Origin: a virus
Taxonomy: Duplodnaviria > Heunggongvirae > Uroviricota > Caudoviricetes
Direction: 5' to 3' (one strand)
Virus record (IMG/VR): IMGVR_UViG_2563367158_000001
DNA length: 35,389 nt
The position numbers and the translations under genes were made by a program. Below, piece after piece: positions 16,353 to 25,819 of the stretch (positions are counted from its first letter, which is position 1; the number at the start of each line of letters is the position of its first letter). The notes below the pieces were generated by a model. The model ran no database searches, had not been told where the DNA came from, and saw only the letters and a program-made list of their open reading frames with translations.

Positions 16353-18082
16353 GCCGGAAATCTTACCCCAACGTAAATGCTGCCAATCAGTATGCCCGTG
16401 ATGTCGTGCGGGGAAAGATTGTGGCCTGCCAGTTTGTGATTCAGGCCTGCCAGCGCCATCTTGATGACCTGATGGCGGAAAAAAGTAAGTCGTTTCGTTA
16501 CCGCTTCGACAAGGACCTGGCTGAACGGGCCGCCAAATTTATTCAGCTGTTGCCGCACACCAAGGGTGAGTGGGCATTTAAGAGGATGCCCATCACGCTG
16601 GAGCCGTGGCAGCTCTTTGTGATCTGCTGCGCGTTTGGCTGGGTCAATAAAGGCTCCCGGCTGCGCCGCTTCCGTGAGGTGTATACCGAAATCCCCCGTA
16701 AGAACGGCAAATCGGCAATCTCTGCCGGTGTCGCCCTGTATTGTTTTGCCTGTGATAACGAGTTTGGCGCGGAAGTGTATTCCGGTGCCACGACAGAGAA
16801 ACAGGCGTGGGAAGTCTTTCGCCCGGCGCGACTGATGTGTAAACGCACACCCATGCTGACGGAAGCGTTCGGGATTGAGGTTAACGCCTCAAACATGAAC
16901 CGTCCGGAGGATGGCGCGCGGTTTGAACCGCTGATCGGTAACCCCGGTGATGGATCATCACCCCACTGTGCGGTGGTGGATGAATATCACGAGCACGCCA
17001 CCGATGCGCTTTACACCACGATGCTTACCGGGATGGGGGCGCGACGTCAGCCACTGATGTGGGCCATTACTACTGCCGGGTACAACATTGAGGGGCCGTG
17101 CTACGACAAACGGCGGGAAGTTATCGAGATGCTCAACGGTTCGGTACCCAACGATGAACTGTTCGGGATCATCTATACCGTTGACGAAGGTGACGACTGG
17201 ACCAACCCACAGGTGCTGGAAAAAGCCAACCCGAATATCGGGGTGTCGGTTTACCGTGAGTTTTTGTTAAGTCAGCAACAGCGTGCGAAAAATAACGCCC
17301 GTCTGGCAAACGTCTTTAAAACAAAACACCTCAATATCTGGGTGTCGGCGCGTTCGGCGTATTTCAACCTGGTGAGCTGGCAGAGCTGCGAGGATAAATC
17401 ACTGACTCTTGAGCAATTCGAGGGGCAGCCGTGCATTCTGGCCTTTGACCTGGCGCGTAAACTGGATATGAACAGCATGGCGCGACTTTATACCCGCGAG
17501 ATTGACGGTAAAACGCATTACTACAGTGTGGCCCCGCGTTTCTGGGTACCGTATGACACGGTGTACAGCGTCGAGAAAAATGAAGATCGCCGGACAGCCG
17601 AACGCTTTCAGAAATGGGTGGAAATGGGCGTCCTGACCGTTACCGATGGTGCAGAGGTGGATTATCGCTACATCCTCGAAGAGGCCAAAGCGGCGAACAA
17701 AATCAGCCCGGTCAGCGAGTCACCCATCGACCCCTTCGGGGCGACCGGGCTGTCACATGACCTTGCTGATGAAGACCTGAATCCCGTCACTATCTTCCAG
17801 AACTTCACCAATATGTCCGATCCGATGAAAGAGCTGGAAGCAGCGATTGAATCGGGACGTTTTCATCATGACGGCAATCCCATCATGACCTGGTGTATCG
17901 GCAACGTGGTCGGCAAAAACATGCCGGGTAACGATGATGTGGTGAAACCCGTCAAAGAGCAGGCGGAAAACAAAATTGACGGTGCAGTTGCGCTGATTAT
18001 GGCGGTTGGCAGAGCCATGCTGTACGAGAAAGAAGACACGCTGTCTGATCACATTGAGTCCTACGGGATCCGCTCGCTTTAA
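16349..18082 (+). CDS. terminase large subunit
   Basis: 577-aa ORF with Walker A-like IPRKNGKS and the conserved ATPase/nuclease architecture of HK97-type large terminases. Confidence 0.92.
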   Translation: MSRKSYPNVNAANQYARDVVRGKIVACQFVIQACQRHLDDLMAEKSKSFRYRFDKDLAERAAKFIQLLPHTKGEWAFKRMPITLEPWQLFVICCAFGWVNKGSRLRRFREVYTEIPRKNGKSAISAGVALYCFACDNEFGAEVYSGATTEKQAWEVFRPARLMCKRTPMLTEAFGIEVNASNMNRPEDGARFEPLIGNPGDGSSPHCAVVDEYHEHATDALYTTMLTGMGARRQPLMWAITTAGYNIEGPCYDKRREVIEMLNGSVPNDELFGIIYTVDEGDDWTNPQVLEKANPNIGVSVYREFLLSQQQRAKNNARLANVFKTKHLNIWVSARSAYFNLVSWQSCEDKSLTLEQFEGQPCILAFDLARKLDMNSMARLYTREIDGKTHYYSVAPRFWVPYDTVYSVEKNEDRRTAERFQKWVEMGVLTVTDGAEVDYRYILEEAKAANKISPVSESPIDPFGATGLSHDLADEDLNPVTIFQNFTNMSDPMKELEAAIESGRFHHDGNPIMTWCIGNVVGKNMPGNDDVVKPVKEQAENKIDGAVALIMAVGRAMLYEKEDTLSDHIESYGIRSL

Positions 18083-18093
18083 CTGAGGTAATT

Positions 18094-18276
18094 ATGATCA
18101 TGCTGATTCTCGCGCCTCTGGTGGGCGTGCTGGGGGTGCTTTTGCTGGCGTATGGTGCCTGGCTGATTTATCCCCCTGCGGGGTTTGTTGTTGCCGGGGC
18201 GTTGTGCCTGTTCTGGTCGTGGCTGGTGGCGCGATATCTCGACCGTACACAGATGTCTGTTGGTGGAGGTAAATAG
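18094..18276 (+). CDS. hypothetical small membrane protein
   Basis: 60-aa ORF with two hydrophobic helices, between terminase and portal on the operon strand. Confidence 0.45.
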   Translation: MIMLILAPLVGVLGVLLLAYGAWLIYPPAGFVVAGALCLFWSWLVARYLDRTQMSVGGGK

Positions 18277-19517
18277 TGTTCTTTTCGGGATTATTTCAAC
18301 GAAAAAGTGACACACCGGTGACCACGCCAGCAGAGCTGGCGGATGCTATCGGGCTGTCATACGACACCTATACCGGAAAGCAGATCAGCAGCCAGCGGGC
18401 CATGCGACTGACGGCGGTTTTTTCCTGCGTCAGGGTGCTGGCAGAGTCGGTCGGGATGTTGCCCTGCAATCTGTATCACCTGAACGGCAGCCTGAAGCAG
18501 AGAGCCACTGGCGAACGTCTGCATAAGCTGATCTCCACGCATCCCAATGGCTATATGACGCCGCAGGAGTTCTGGGAGCTGGTGGTCACCTGTCTGTGCC
18601 TGCGGGGAAACTTTTACGCCTACAAAGTGAAAGCATTTGGCGAAGTGGCTGAACTGCTGCCCGTCGATCCCGGCTGTGTGGTACCGAAGCTTAACAGTAG
18701 CTGGGAGCCGATCTATCAGGTCACATTCCCGGATGGCTCCACGGATGTACTGAGCCAGGAGGATATCTGGCATGTGCGTACGCTGACGCTGGACGGACTG
18801 GTGGGGCTGAATCCCATCGCCTATGCCCGCGAGGCAATATCGCTGGCGGCAGCGACCGAAGAGCACGGGGCCAGACTGTTCAGCAATGGCGCGGTGACGT
18901 CGGGTGTTTTGCGTACAGAGCAGACGCTGTCGGATCAGGCTTATGAGCGCCTGAAGAAAGATTTTGAGGAGCGTCACACCGGGCTTGGCAATGCTCACCG
19001 CCCGATGATCCTTGAGATGGGGCTGGACTGGAAGTCGATGGCGTTGAACGCAGAGGACAGCCAGTTCCTGGAAACCCGCAAGTTTCAGCTTGAAGAAATT
19101 TGTCGTCTGTTCCGTGTGCCATTGCACATGGTGCAGAACACCGATCGCGCCACCTTCAACAATATCGAAGAGCTGGGGCTCGGATTTATCAACTATTCAC
19201 TGGTGCCGTATCTGACCCGCATTGAGCAGCGGATCAACACCGGACTGGTACGAAAAAGTAAGCAGGGCGTTTATTACGCCAAATTTAACGCCGGGGCGTT
19301 ACTGCGCGGGGATATGAAGTCCCGTTTTGAAGCCTACGCCACCGGGATTAACTGGGGAATTTACTCTCCCAATGACTGCCGCGACCTGGAAGATATGAAT
19401 CCGCGTCCCGGTGGGGATGTCTATCTCACACCGATGAACATGACCACGAAACCCTCCGATGGCAGTAAAGCCGGTAAGCAGAAGGATAACGCCAATGCAG
19501 ACGAAACAACGTCTTGA
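18276..19517 (+). CDS. portal protein (HK97 family)
   Basis: 413-aa ORF at the position following the large terminase; size and order typical of HK97-type portals. Confidence 0.9.
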   Translation: MFFSGLFQRKSDTPVTTPAELADAIGLSYDTYTGKQISSQRAMRLTAVFSCVRVLAESVGMLPCNLYHLNGSLKQRATGERLHKLISTHPNGYMTPQEFWELVVTCLCLRGNFYAYKVKAFGEVAELLPVDPGCVVPKLNSSWEPIYQVTFPDGSTDVLSQEDIWHVRTLTLDGLVGLNPIAYAREAISLAAATEEHGARLFSNGAVTSGVLRTEQTLSDQAYERLKKDFEERHTGLGNAHRPMILEMGLDWKSMALNAEDSQFLETRKFQLEEICRLFRVPLHMVQNTDRATFNNIEELGLGFINYSLVPYLTRIEQRINTGLVRKSKQGVYYAKFNAGALLRGDMKSRFEAYATGINWGIYSPNDCRDLEDMNPRPGGDVYLTPMNMTTKPSDGSKAGKQKDNANADETTS

Positions 19518-20145
19518 TGTACCGCTGAGTCTGAAATCTGTCAGTGACTCCGGTGAGTTTGAAGGGTATGGCTCCGTCTTTGGTGTAAAGGACAGCCACG
19601 ATGATGTGGTGATGTCCGGGGCATTTGCTGCTTCCCTGCGGGCGTGGAGTGACAGAAAAGCGTTACCTGCGCTGCTCTGGCAGCACCGCATGGATGAACC
19701 CATCGGTGTTTACACCGAAATGAAGGAAGACGATGTCGGGCTTTACGTCAGGGGGCGGTTGCTCATTGATGATGATCCCCTCGCAAAACGCGCACATGCA
19801 CACATGAAGGCCGGTTCGTTAACCGGCCTTTCTATTGGGTACGTCCTGAAAGACTGGGAATACGACCGGAGCAAAGAAGCCTTTCTGTTGAAAGAAATCG
19901 ACCTCTGGGAAGTCAGTCTGGTGACGTTTCCGTCTAACGACGAGGCGCGGATCAGCGACGTCAAGAACGCGCTGGCCCGCGGGGAAATCCCCGAACAGAA
20001 AAAAATCGAAAGAGTCCTGCGTGATGTCGGACTCTCCCGTACCCAGGCCAAAGCATTCATGGCCGGGGGCTATGGCGCACTGTCCCTGCGCGACGCTGAG
20101 GATGTGGGCTCTGCACTGAATGCACTGAAAAATCTGAACTTCTAA
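19459..20145 (+). CDS. prohead protease (HK97 family, S78); likely true start at 19495
   Basis: 228-aa ORF between portal and capsid genes; internal Met at 19495 (MQTKQRLD) would reduce the overlap with the portal gene. Confidence 0.85.
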   Translation: MAVKPVSRRITPMQTKQRLDVPLSLKSVSDSGEFEGYGSVFGVKDSHDDVVMSGAFAASLRAWSDRKALPALLWQHRMDEPIGVYTEMKEDDVGLYVRGRLLIDDDPLAKRAHAHMKAGSLTGLSIGYVLKDWEYDRSKEAFLLKEIDLWEVSLVTFPSNDEARISDVKNALARGEIPEQKKIERVLRDVGLSRTQAKAFMAGGYGALSLRDAEDVGSALNALKNLNF

Positions 20146-20159
20146 TCAGGAGAAATACG

Positions 20160-21365
20160 ATGGCGGTTGATATTAAAGATGTCGAACAGGTCGCGCAGGA
20201 GCTGCAGCAGAAGTTTGACGACTTCAAAGCAAAGAACGACAAGCGCGTGGATGCGATTGAGCAGGAAAAAGGCAAGCTTGCCGGGCAGGTGGAAACCCTG
20301 AACGGGAAACTCAGCGAGCTGGAAAATCTCAAAAGCGACCTTGAAAAAGAGCTGCTTGAGCTGAAACGTCCGGCAGGTGGAGCGCAAAATAAACTGGCCA
20401 CCGAGCATAAAGAGGCGTTTGTGGGCTTTCTACGTAAAGGCCGTGAAGACGGTCTGCGCGATCTGGAGCGTAAGGCATTGCAGGTGGGTACCGATGAAGA
20501 CGGTGGCTACGCCGTGCCGGAAGAACTGGATCGCAACATTCTTAACCTGCTGAAAGATGAAGTGGTGATGCGTCAGGAAGCCACGGTGATCACCGTTGGC
20601 GGTTCCGACTACAAAAAACTGGTGAATCTGGGCGGTACGGCTTCCGGATGGGTGGGGGAAACGGATACGCGATCCCAGACTGCCACCTCCAGACTGGAGC
20701 TGATTGAACCTCTCATGGGGGAAATCTACGGCAACCCGCAGGCTACCCAGAAAATGCTGGACGATGCCTTCTTCAACGTGGAGGCCTGGATTAACAGCGA
20801 GCTGGCAACCGAATTTGCCGAACAGGAAGAAATTGCCTTTACCTCAGGCGATGGCACCAAGAAGCCGAAAGGGTTCCTGGCGTATGAATCCACTGATGAA
20901 ACCGACAAGGTCCGGGCGTTCGGCAAACTTCAGCATATTGTATCCGGCGAAGCGACCGCGGTGACCGCAGACGCCATTATCAAACTGATTTACACGCTGC
21001 GTAAGGCACACCGCACTGGCGCGAAGTTCATGATGAACAACAACAGCCTGTTTGCCATCCGTCTGCTGAAAGACACCGAGGGTAACTATCTGTGGCGTCC
21101 GGGGCTGGAACTGGGGCAGCCGTCCTCTCTGGCGGGTTACGGTATCGCTGAAAACGAACAGATGCCGGATATCGCCGCTGATGCGAAAGCCATTGCATTT
21201 GGTAACTTCAAACGGGGTTACACCATCGTTGACCGTATCGGCACCCGCATTCTGCGTGACCCGTACACCAATAAACCGTTTGTCGGTTTTTATACCACCA
21301 AGCGCACCGGCGGGATGCTGGTCGATTCGCAGGCCATCAAACTGCTGAAGATTGCAGCGGCGTAA
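20160..21365 (+). CDS. major capsid protein (HK97 fold) with N-terminal scaffolding delta domain
   Basis: 401-aa ORF; coiled-coil N-terminal about 100 aa then a capsid domain; position after the protease. Confidence 0.9.
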   Translation: MAVDIKDVEQVAQELQQKFDDFKAKNDKRVDAIEQEKGKLAGQVETLNGKLSELENLKSDLEKELLELKRPAGGAQNKLATEHKEAFVGFLRKGREDGLRDLERKALQVGTDEDGGYAVPEELDRNILNLLKDEVVMRQEATVITVGGSDYKKLVNLGGTASGWVGETDTRSQTATSRLELIEPLMGEIYGNPQATQKMLDDAFFNVEAWINSELATEFAEQEEIAFTSGDGTKKPKGFLAYESTDETDKVRAFGKLQHIVSGEATAVTADAIIKLIYTLRKAHRTGAKFMMNNNSLFAIRLLKDTEGNYLWRPGLELGQPSSLAGYGIAENEQMPDIAADAKAIAFGNFKRGYTIVDRIGTRILRDPYTNKPFVGFYTTKRTGGMLVDSQAIKLLKIAAA

Positions 21366-21372
21366 TCACTCA

Positions 21373-21392
21373 GGGGCGCGGAACCGCGCCCC
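21373..21392 (+). terminator. stable GC hairpin after the capsid gene (attenuator/terminator-like, weak U-tract)
   Basis: GGGGCGCG-GAAC-CGCGCCCC perfect 8-bp GC stem 8 nt after the capsid stop. Confidence 0.4.
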
Positions 21393-21414
21393 CTGTTCTG
21401 ACGGGTGAAGAATC

Positions 21415-21615
21415 ATGATCCTGAAACAAGATCTGAAATGGTCACCGGACGGTATGCGTGTTGAGGTCATTCGGGCCGGTGAGTATGACGACGGGGCGCT
21501 TCCTGCCCGGGTGCAGGAGATTGCACTTCAGGCCGGGTTAGCAGAGCGCGGAACCAGTGCAAAAAGCAGTAAAGCGGCAAAAGAGAAAAAAGCCACGACC
21601 AGTAAAGAGGGCTGA
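21415..21615 (+). CDS. hypothetical small head-module protein
   Basis: 66-aa ORF between capsid and connector, Lys/Ala-rich C-terminus. Confidence 0.4.
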   Translation: MILKQDLKWSPDGMRVEVIRAGEYDDGALPARVQEIALQAGLAERGTSAKSSKAAKEKKATTSKEG

Positions 21616-21617
21616 GT

Positions 21618-21941
21618 ATGCTTCTGACAATGGAAGAGATTAAAGCCCAACTCCGGCTGGATGAGGATTTCGATGCTGATGACCGTCATCTGCAACTGCT
21701 GGCCTGTGCGGCACAAAAGCGGACGGAAACGTATCTGAACCGGAAGCTCTATGCACCGGATGAAACCATTCCGGACAGCGATCCGGACGGGCTGCACCTG
21801 CCGGATGATATTCGTCTGGGGATGCTGATGCTTATCAGCCATTTTTACGAAAACCGCTCGTCGGTTACGGAAGTGGAGAAACTCGACATGCCGCAGAGTT
21901 TTGGCTGGCTTGTCGGCCCGTACAGGTACTTTCCGCAATGA
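21618..21941 (+). CDS. head-tail connector (gp6-like)
   Basis: 107-aa ORF starting MLLTMEEIKAQLRLDEDFDADD, typical of gp6-like connector proteins; position. Confidence 0.75.
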   Translation: MLLTMEEIKAQLRLDEDFDADDRHLQLLACAAQKRTETYLNRKLYAPDETIPDSDPDGLHLPDDIRLGMLMLISHFYENRSSVTEVEKLDMPQSFGWLVGPYRYFPQ

Positions 21942-22348
21942 AAATTCGTCAGGCGCAGACCAGCGCAACCTACATTCTGCCGGACCCCGGTGAACTGAAT
22001 AAACGCGTCCTGATCCGCCAGCGGGTGGATATGCCCGCGGATAACTTTGGCGTGGAGCCTCAATACCCGGTTACGTTCCGGACATGGGCGAAGGTTATCC
22101 AGACCAGTGCCACCACCTGGCAGGAAACCGCGCAGACCGGGGACGCCATCACCCATTACATCACCATTCGTTACCGCCGGGGGATCACTGCTGATTATGA
22201 GGTGGTCTGTGATGACAGTGTGTACCGGGTGAAACGTCAGCGTGATCTGAACGGGGCGCGGCGCTTTCTGCTGCTGGAGTGTACGGAGCTGGGCGAATGT
22301 AGGCAGAGTCACGGAGGCAGCAATGGCGACTCCCTTTTTTCACGTTGA
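21938..22348 (+). CDS. head-tail joining / head closure protein
   Basis: 136-aa ORF in conserved position, overlapping stop-start with the connector gene. Confidence 0.6.
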   Translation: MKIRQAQTSATYILPDPGELNKRVLIRQRVDMPADNFGVEPQYPVTFRTWAKVIQTSATTWQETAQTGDAITHYITIRYRRGITADYEVVCDDSVYRVKRQRDLNGARRFLLLECTELGECRQSHGGSNGDSLFSR

Positions 22349-22829
22349 TGTTCAGCAGCCCGCCGAGATGCGCTTTAACCGCGCCCGTGTCCGGCGGGCG
22401 TTTGTCACGATTGGGCAGCGTCATATGCGTGATGCCCGTCGGCTGGTGATGCGCCGTGCGCGGTCGGCACCAGGTGAAAACCCCGGTTATCAGACCGGAC
22501 GCCTGGCTCGTTCGATTGGTTATATGGTGCCGAGAGCCAGTAAAAAGCGAGCCGGTTTTATGACACGCATTGCCCCTAACCAGCGCAACGGGAAGGGGAA
22601 CCGGATGATCTCTGGTGACTTCTATCCGGCATTTCTGTTTTTTGGTGTCCGGGGAGGAGCAAAACGTCGTCGTAGTCATCATCGTGGTGCATCCGGTGGC
22701 AGCGGCTGGCGACTGGCTCCACGTAATAACTTCATGGTGGAAACGCTTGAAAAGAACCGCAGCTGGACACGCTATTTTCTGGCGCGGGAATTGCGTAAAT
22801 CACTGAAGCCGGAGCGACGACACAGATGA
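22323..22829 (+). CDS. HK97 gp10-like tail-component protein
   Basis: 168-aa basic ORF in the head-tail joining block. Confidence 0.65.
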   Translation: MATPFFHVDVQQPAEMRFNRARVRRAFVTIGQRHMRDARRLVMRRARSAPGENPGYQTGRLARSIGYMVPRASKKRAGFMTRIAPNQRNGKGNRMISGDFYPAFLFFGVRGGAKRRRSHHRGASGGSGWRLAPRNNFMVETLEKNRSWTRYFLARELRKSLKPERRHR

Positions 22830-23386
22830 AACTGACGCCTGTTATTGCTGCGCTGCGTGCCCGCTGCCCGTATTTTGAAAACCGGGTGGCAGGCGCGGCA
22901 CAGTTCAAAAATCTGCCGGAGGTCGGAAAGCTGAGACTCCCGGCGGCGTATGTGGTACCGGGTGATGACTCTCCGGGAGAAAACAAAAGCCAGACCGACT
23001 ACTGGCAGGAGCTGAAAGAGGGCTTCTCCGTGGTTGTCATACTAAGTAACGGGCGTGATGAGCGCGGTCAGTTTGCCTCGTATGATGTGGTGGACGATGT
23101 CCGGCAGATGCTCTTTAAGGCCCTGCTGGGCTGGAACCCGGAAGCGTGCGGTAACCCGATTACCTATGACGGCGGCACGCTGCTGGATCTGAATCGTCAT
23201 GAGCTGATTTATCAGTTCGATTTTTCGGTCATCAGCGAGCTGACTGAAGACGATACCCGCCAGCAGGATGATCTGAACAGTCTGGATGAACTGCAAACGC
23301 TGGCGATTGATGTTGATTATCTCGAGCCCGGTAACGGGCCTGACGGCGATATCGAACATCACACCGAAATAACCCTTCCTTCCTGA
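22826..23386 (+). CDS. putative tail completion / terminator protein (Mu-like tail module)
   Basis: 186-aa acidic ORF immediately upstream of the sheath block. Confidence 0.5.
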   Translation: MKLTPVIAALRARCPYFENRVAGAAQFKNLPEVGKLRLPAAYVVPGDDSPGENKSQTDYWQELKEGFSVVVILSNGRDERGQFASYDVVDDVRQMLFKALLGWNPEACGNPITYDGGTLLDLNRHELIYQFDFSVISELTEDDTRQQDDLNSLDELQTLAIDVDYLEPGNGPDGDIEHHTEITLPS

Positions 23387-23394
23387 GGATCCTC

Positions 23395-23565
23395 ATGTTT
23401 GTCAAACCTGTTAAAGGGCGGTCAGTTCCTGACCCTGCCCGCGGCGACCTTTTGCCCGCCGAAGGGCGAAATGTTGACGAGAACAACTACTGGCTGCGCC
23501 GTGAAGTAGCGGGTGATATCCGGCGCGTGAATAAAAAGGTGAACACCGATGACGATAAGCTTTAA
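23395..23565 (+). CDS. small conserved protein upstream of tail sheath (DUF2635-like)
   Basis: 56-aa ORF not in the supplied track (under 60 aa): MFVKPVKGRSVPDPARGDLLPAEGRNVDENNYWLRREVAGDIRRVNKKVNTDDDKL; stop overlaps the sheath start. Confidence 0.45.
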   Translation: MFVKPVKGRSVPDPARGDLLPAEGRNVDENNYWLRREVAGDIRRVNKKVNTDDDKL

Positions 23566-25045
23566 CACCATTCCGTCGAATACGCTGGTTCCGCTGTTTT
23601 ATGCGGAAATGGATAATCAGGCGGCGAATACTGCACAGGACAGCGGAGCATCGCTGCTGATTGGTCATGCCAATAACGGTGCAGAGATTGTTGCCAACAG
23701 TCTGGTACTGATGCCGTCGGCAGACTATGCACGCCAGATTTGTGGTGCGGGAAGTCAGCTGGCGCGTATGGTTGAGGCTTATCGCCAGACCGACCCGTTT
23801 GGCGAGCTGTATGTGATTGCCGTTCCTGAATCCACGGGCGCGGCGGCAACGGTTACGCTGACGGTGACCGGCGCGGCAACCGAAACCGGCACGGTGAATG
23901 TTTATGTGGGACGTACCCGCGTGCAGGCACCGGTGACCAACGGCGATAACGTTGCGACGATTGCCAGCAGTATCCAGGATGCCATCAATGCCGTTCCGAC
24001 CCTGCCGTTTACTGCCTCATCTTCGGCAGGCGTGGTCACACTGACCGCGCGTCATAAGGGGCTTTGCGGGAATGAAATTCCTGTCAGCCTCAATTACTAC
24101 GGCTTTGGTGGGGGCGAAGTGCTGCCAGCGGGCGTACAGATTGCCGTGGCGACGGGTACCGCCGGAACGGGCGCTCCTGTTCTCACCGGCGCGGTGGCTG
24201 CAATGGCGGATGAGCCGTTTGATTATATCGGCCTGCCGTTCAACGACACGGCCTCCGTTAACACGCTGGTGACCGAGATGAACGATACCAGCGGTCGCTG
24301 GAGCTATGCGCGTCAGCTGTATGGTCATGTGTATACGGCAAAGATCGGCACGCTGTCAGAACTGGTGACCGCAGGTGACCAGTTTAACCAGCAGCACATT
24401 ACCCTGGCGGGATACGAAAAAGAGACCCAGACGCCTGCCGACGAGCTGGCGGCAAGCCGTACCGCCCGCGCAGCGGTGTTTATTCGCAACGATCCGGCAC
24501 GTCCCACGCAGACCGGTGAGCTGGTGGGGATGCTGCCTGCGCCGAAGGGGAAACGGTTCACGATGACCGAACAACAGACCCTGCTGTCTCATGGCGTGGC
24601 AACGGCGTATGTCGAAAGCGGGGTGCTGCGCATTCAGCGTGATGTCACCACGTACAGGAAAAACGCTTACGGTGTTGCGGATAACAGCTACCTCGACAGC
24701 GAGACGCTGCATACCAGCGCGTATGTGCTGCGCAAACTGAAATCCGTCATTACCAGTAAGTACGGGCGTCACAAGCTTGCCAGCGACGGTACCCGCTTTG
24801 GTCCCGGTCAGGCGATTGTCACACCGGCGGTGATCAAAGGGGAACTGCTGGCAACCTACCGTCAGCTTGAGCGTGCGGGGATCGTGGAAAACTACGAACT
24901 GTTTAAGCAGTACCTGGTTGTGGAGCGTGATGCCAGCGATCCGAACCGCCTGAACACGCTGTTCCCGCCTGACTATGTTAACCAGTTGCGTGTCTTTGCC
25001 GTGGTTAACCAGTTCCGTCTTCAGTATTCAGAGGAGTCTGCATAA
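23549..25045 (+). CDS. contractile tail sheath protein
   Basis: 498-aa ORF; size, position and composition typical of Mu/P2-type sheath proteins; followed by tube and chaperone genes. Confidence 0.88.
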   Translation: MTISFNTIPSNTLVPLFYAEMDNQAANTAQDSGASLLIGHANNGAEIVANSLVLMPSADYARQICGAGSQLARMVEAYRQTDPFGELYVIAVPESTGAAATVTLTVTGAATETGTVNVYVGRTRVQAPVTNGDNVATIASSIQDAINAVPTLPFTASSSAGVVTLTARHKGLCGNEIPVSLNYYGFGGGEVLPAGVQIAVATGTAGTGAPVLTGAVAAMADEPFDYIGLPFNDTASVNTLVTEMNDTSGRWSYARQLYGHVYTAKIGTLSELVTAGDQFNQQHITLAGYEKETQTPADELAASRTARAAVFIRNDPARPTQTGELVGMLPAPKGKRFTMTEQQTLLSHGVATAYVESGVLRIQRDVTTYRKNAYGVADNSYLDSETLHTSAYVLRKLKSVITSKYGRHKLASDGTRFGPGQAIVTPAVIKGELLATYRQLERAGIVENYELFKQYLVVERDASDPNRLNTLFPPDYVNQLRVFAVVNQFRLQYSEESA

Positions 25046-25401
25046 TGGCCCGTATCGGGGGAACCTGTTATTTCAAAATTGACGGTCAGCAGCTATCGCT
25101 GACCGGCGGCATTGAGGTGCCCATGAACAGGACGGTCAATGATGACATCATCGGCCTGGACGGTTCAGTGGACCGCAAGGAAACTCACCGTGCGCCTTAT
25201 GTCAAAGGGACCTTCAAGGTGCCGAAGAATTTTCCGGTGAGCAAAATCACCTCGTCTGATGAGATGACCATCACTGCCGAGCTGGCGAACGGTCAGGTCT
25301 ATGTATTGTCGTCCGCCTGGCTGCACGGCGAAGCGAACCATAATGCCGAAGAAGGCACGGTTGATCTTGAGTTCCACGGTGAAGAAGGGGATTACCAGTA
25401 A
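25045..25401 (+). CDS. tail tube protein
   Basis: 118-aa ORF immediately after the sheath with overlapping stop-start. Confidence 0.8.
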   Translation: MARIGGTCYFKIDGQQLSLTGGIEVPMNRTVNDDIIGLDGSVDRKETHRAPYVKGTFKVPKNFPVSKITSSDEMTITAELANGQVYVLSSAWLHGEANHNAEEGTVDLEFHGEEGDYQ

Positions 25402-25670
25402 TGAAAGAGCTTGAGTTAAAGAAACCGATTATCGCTCATGGTGAGACACTTTCCGTACTGGAGTTTGATGAACCCACCGGGAAGGATGTCCGCGAGCTGG
25501 GGTATCCCTACCAGATGAATCAGGATGAGTCCGTCAGACTTCTGGCGCATGTGGTGTCGAAATACATTGTGCGGCTGTCGAAAGTGCCGCAAAGCTCTGT
25601 CGACCAGATGTCTCCGGCAGACCTGAATGCAGCGGCGTGGCTTGTGGCCGGTTTTTTCCTCCAGGCCTGA
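25401..25670 (+). CDS. tail assembly chaperone (short form)
   Basis: 89-aa ORF upstream of the tape measure gene; contains a slippery heptamer near its 3' end. Confidence 0.75.
   Translation: MKELELKKPIIAHGETLSVLEFDEPTGKDVRELGYPYQMNQDESVRLLAHVVSKYIVRLSKVPQSSVDQMSPADLNAAAWLVAGFFLQA
25652..25658 (+). other. programmed -1 ribosomal frameshift site (slippery heptamer T TTT TTC)
   Basis: TTTTTTC in X XXY YYZ register within the chaperone frame; a -1 shift joins ...VAGFF to PPGLTAEYL... of the overlapping ORF 25637..25819. Confidence 0.7.
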
Positions 25671-25819
25671 CGGCTGAATACCTCACTGATCGCTTCTTTG
25701 ACTGCGCCAGTTACTGGCGCATTAATCCCTTCGAATTGCTGAATATGCCGATCAGTGAAATTCCCTTGCTGGTCAGTCAGGCAAACAGGATAGAGCAGGA
25801 GAAACGCACACATGGCTGA
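25657..25819 (+). CDS. frameshift extension of the tail assembly chaperone (long form, C-terminal part)
   Basis: -1 frame ORF continuing to just before the tape-measure start; analogous to lambda G/GT. Confidence 0.65.

Noticed and set aside
20057-20408. Minus-strand ORFs (114 and 88 aa) overlapping the prohead protease and capsid genes
   Set aside because: Low-complexity Ser/Phe/Leu-rich antisense translations of the capsid coiled-coil region; shadow ORFs.
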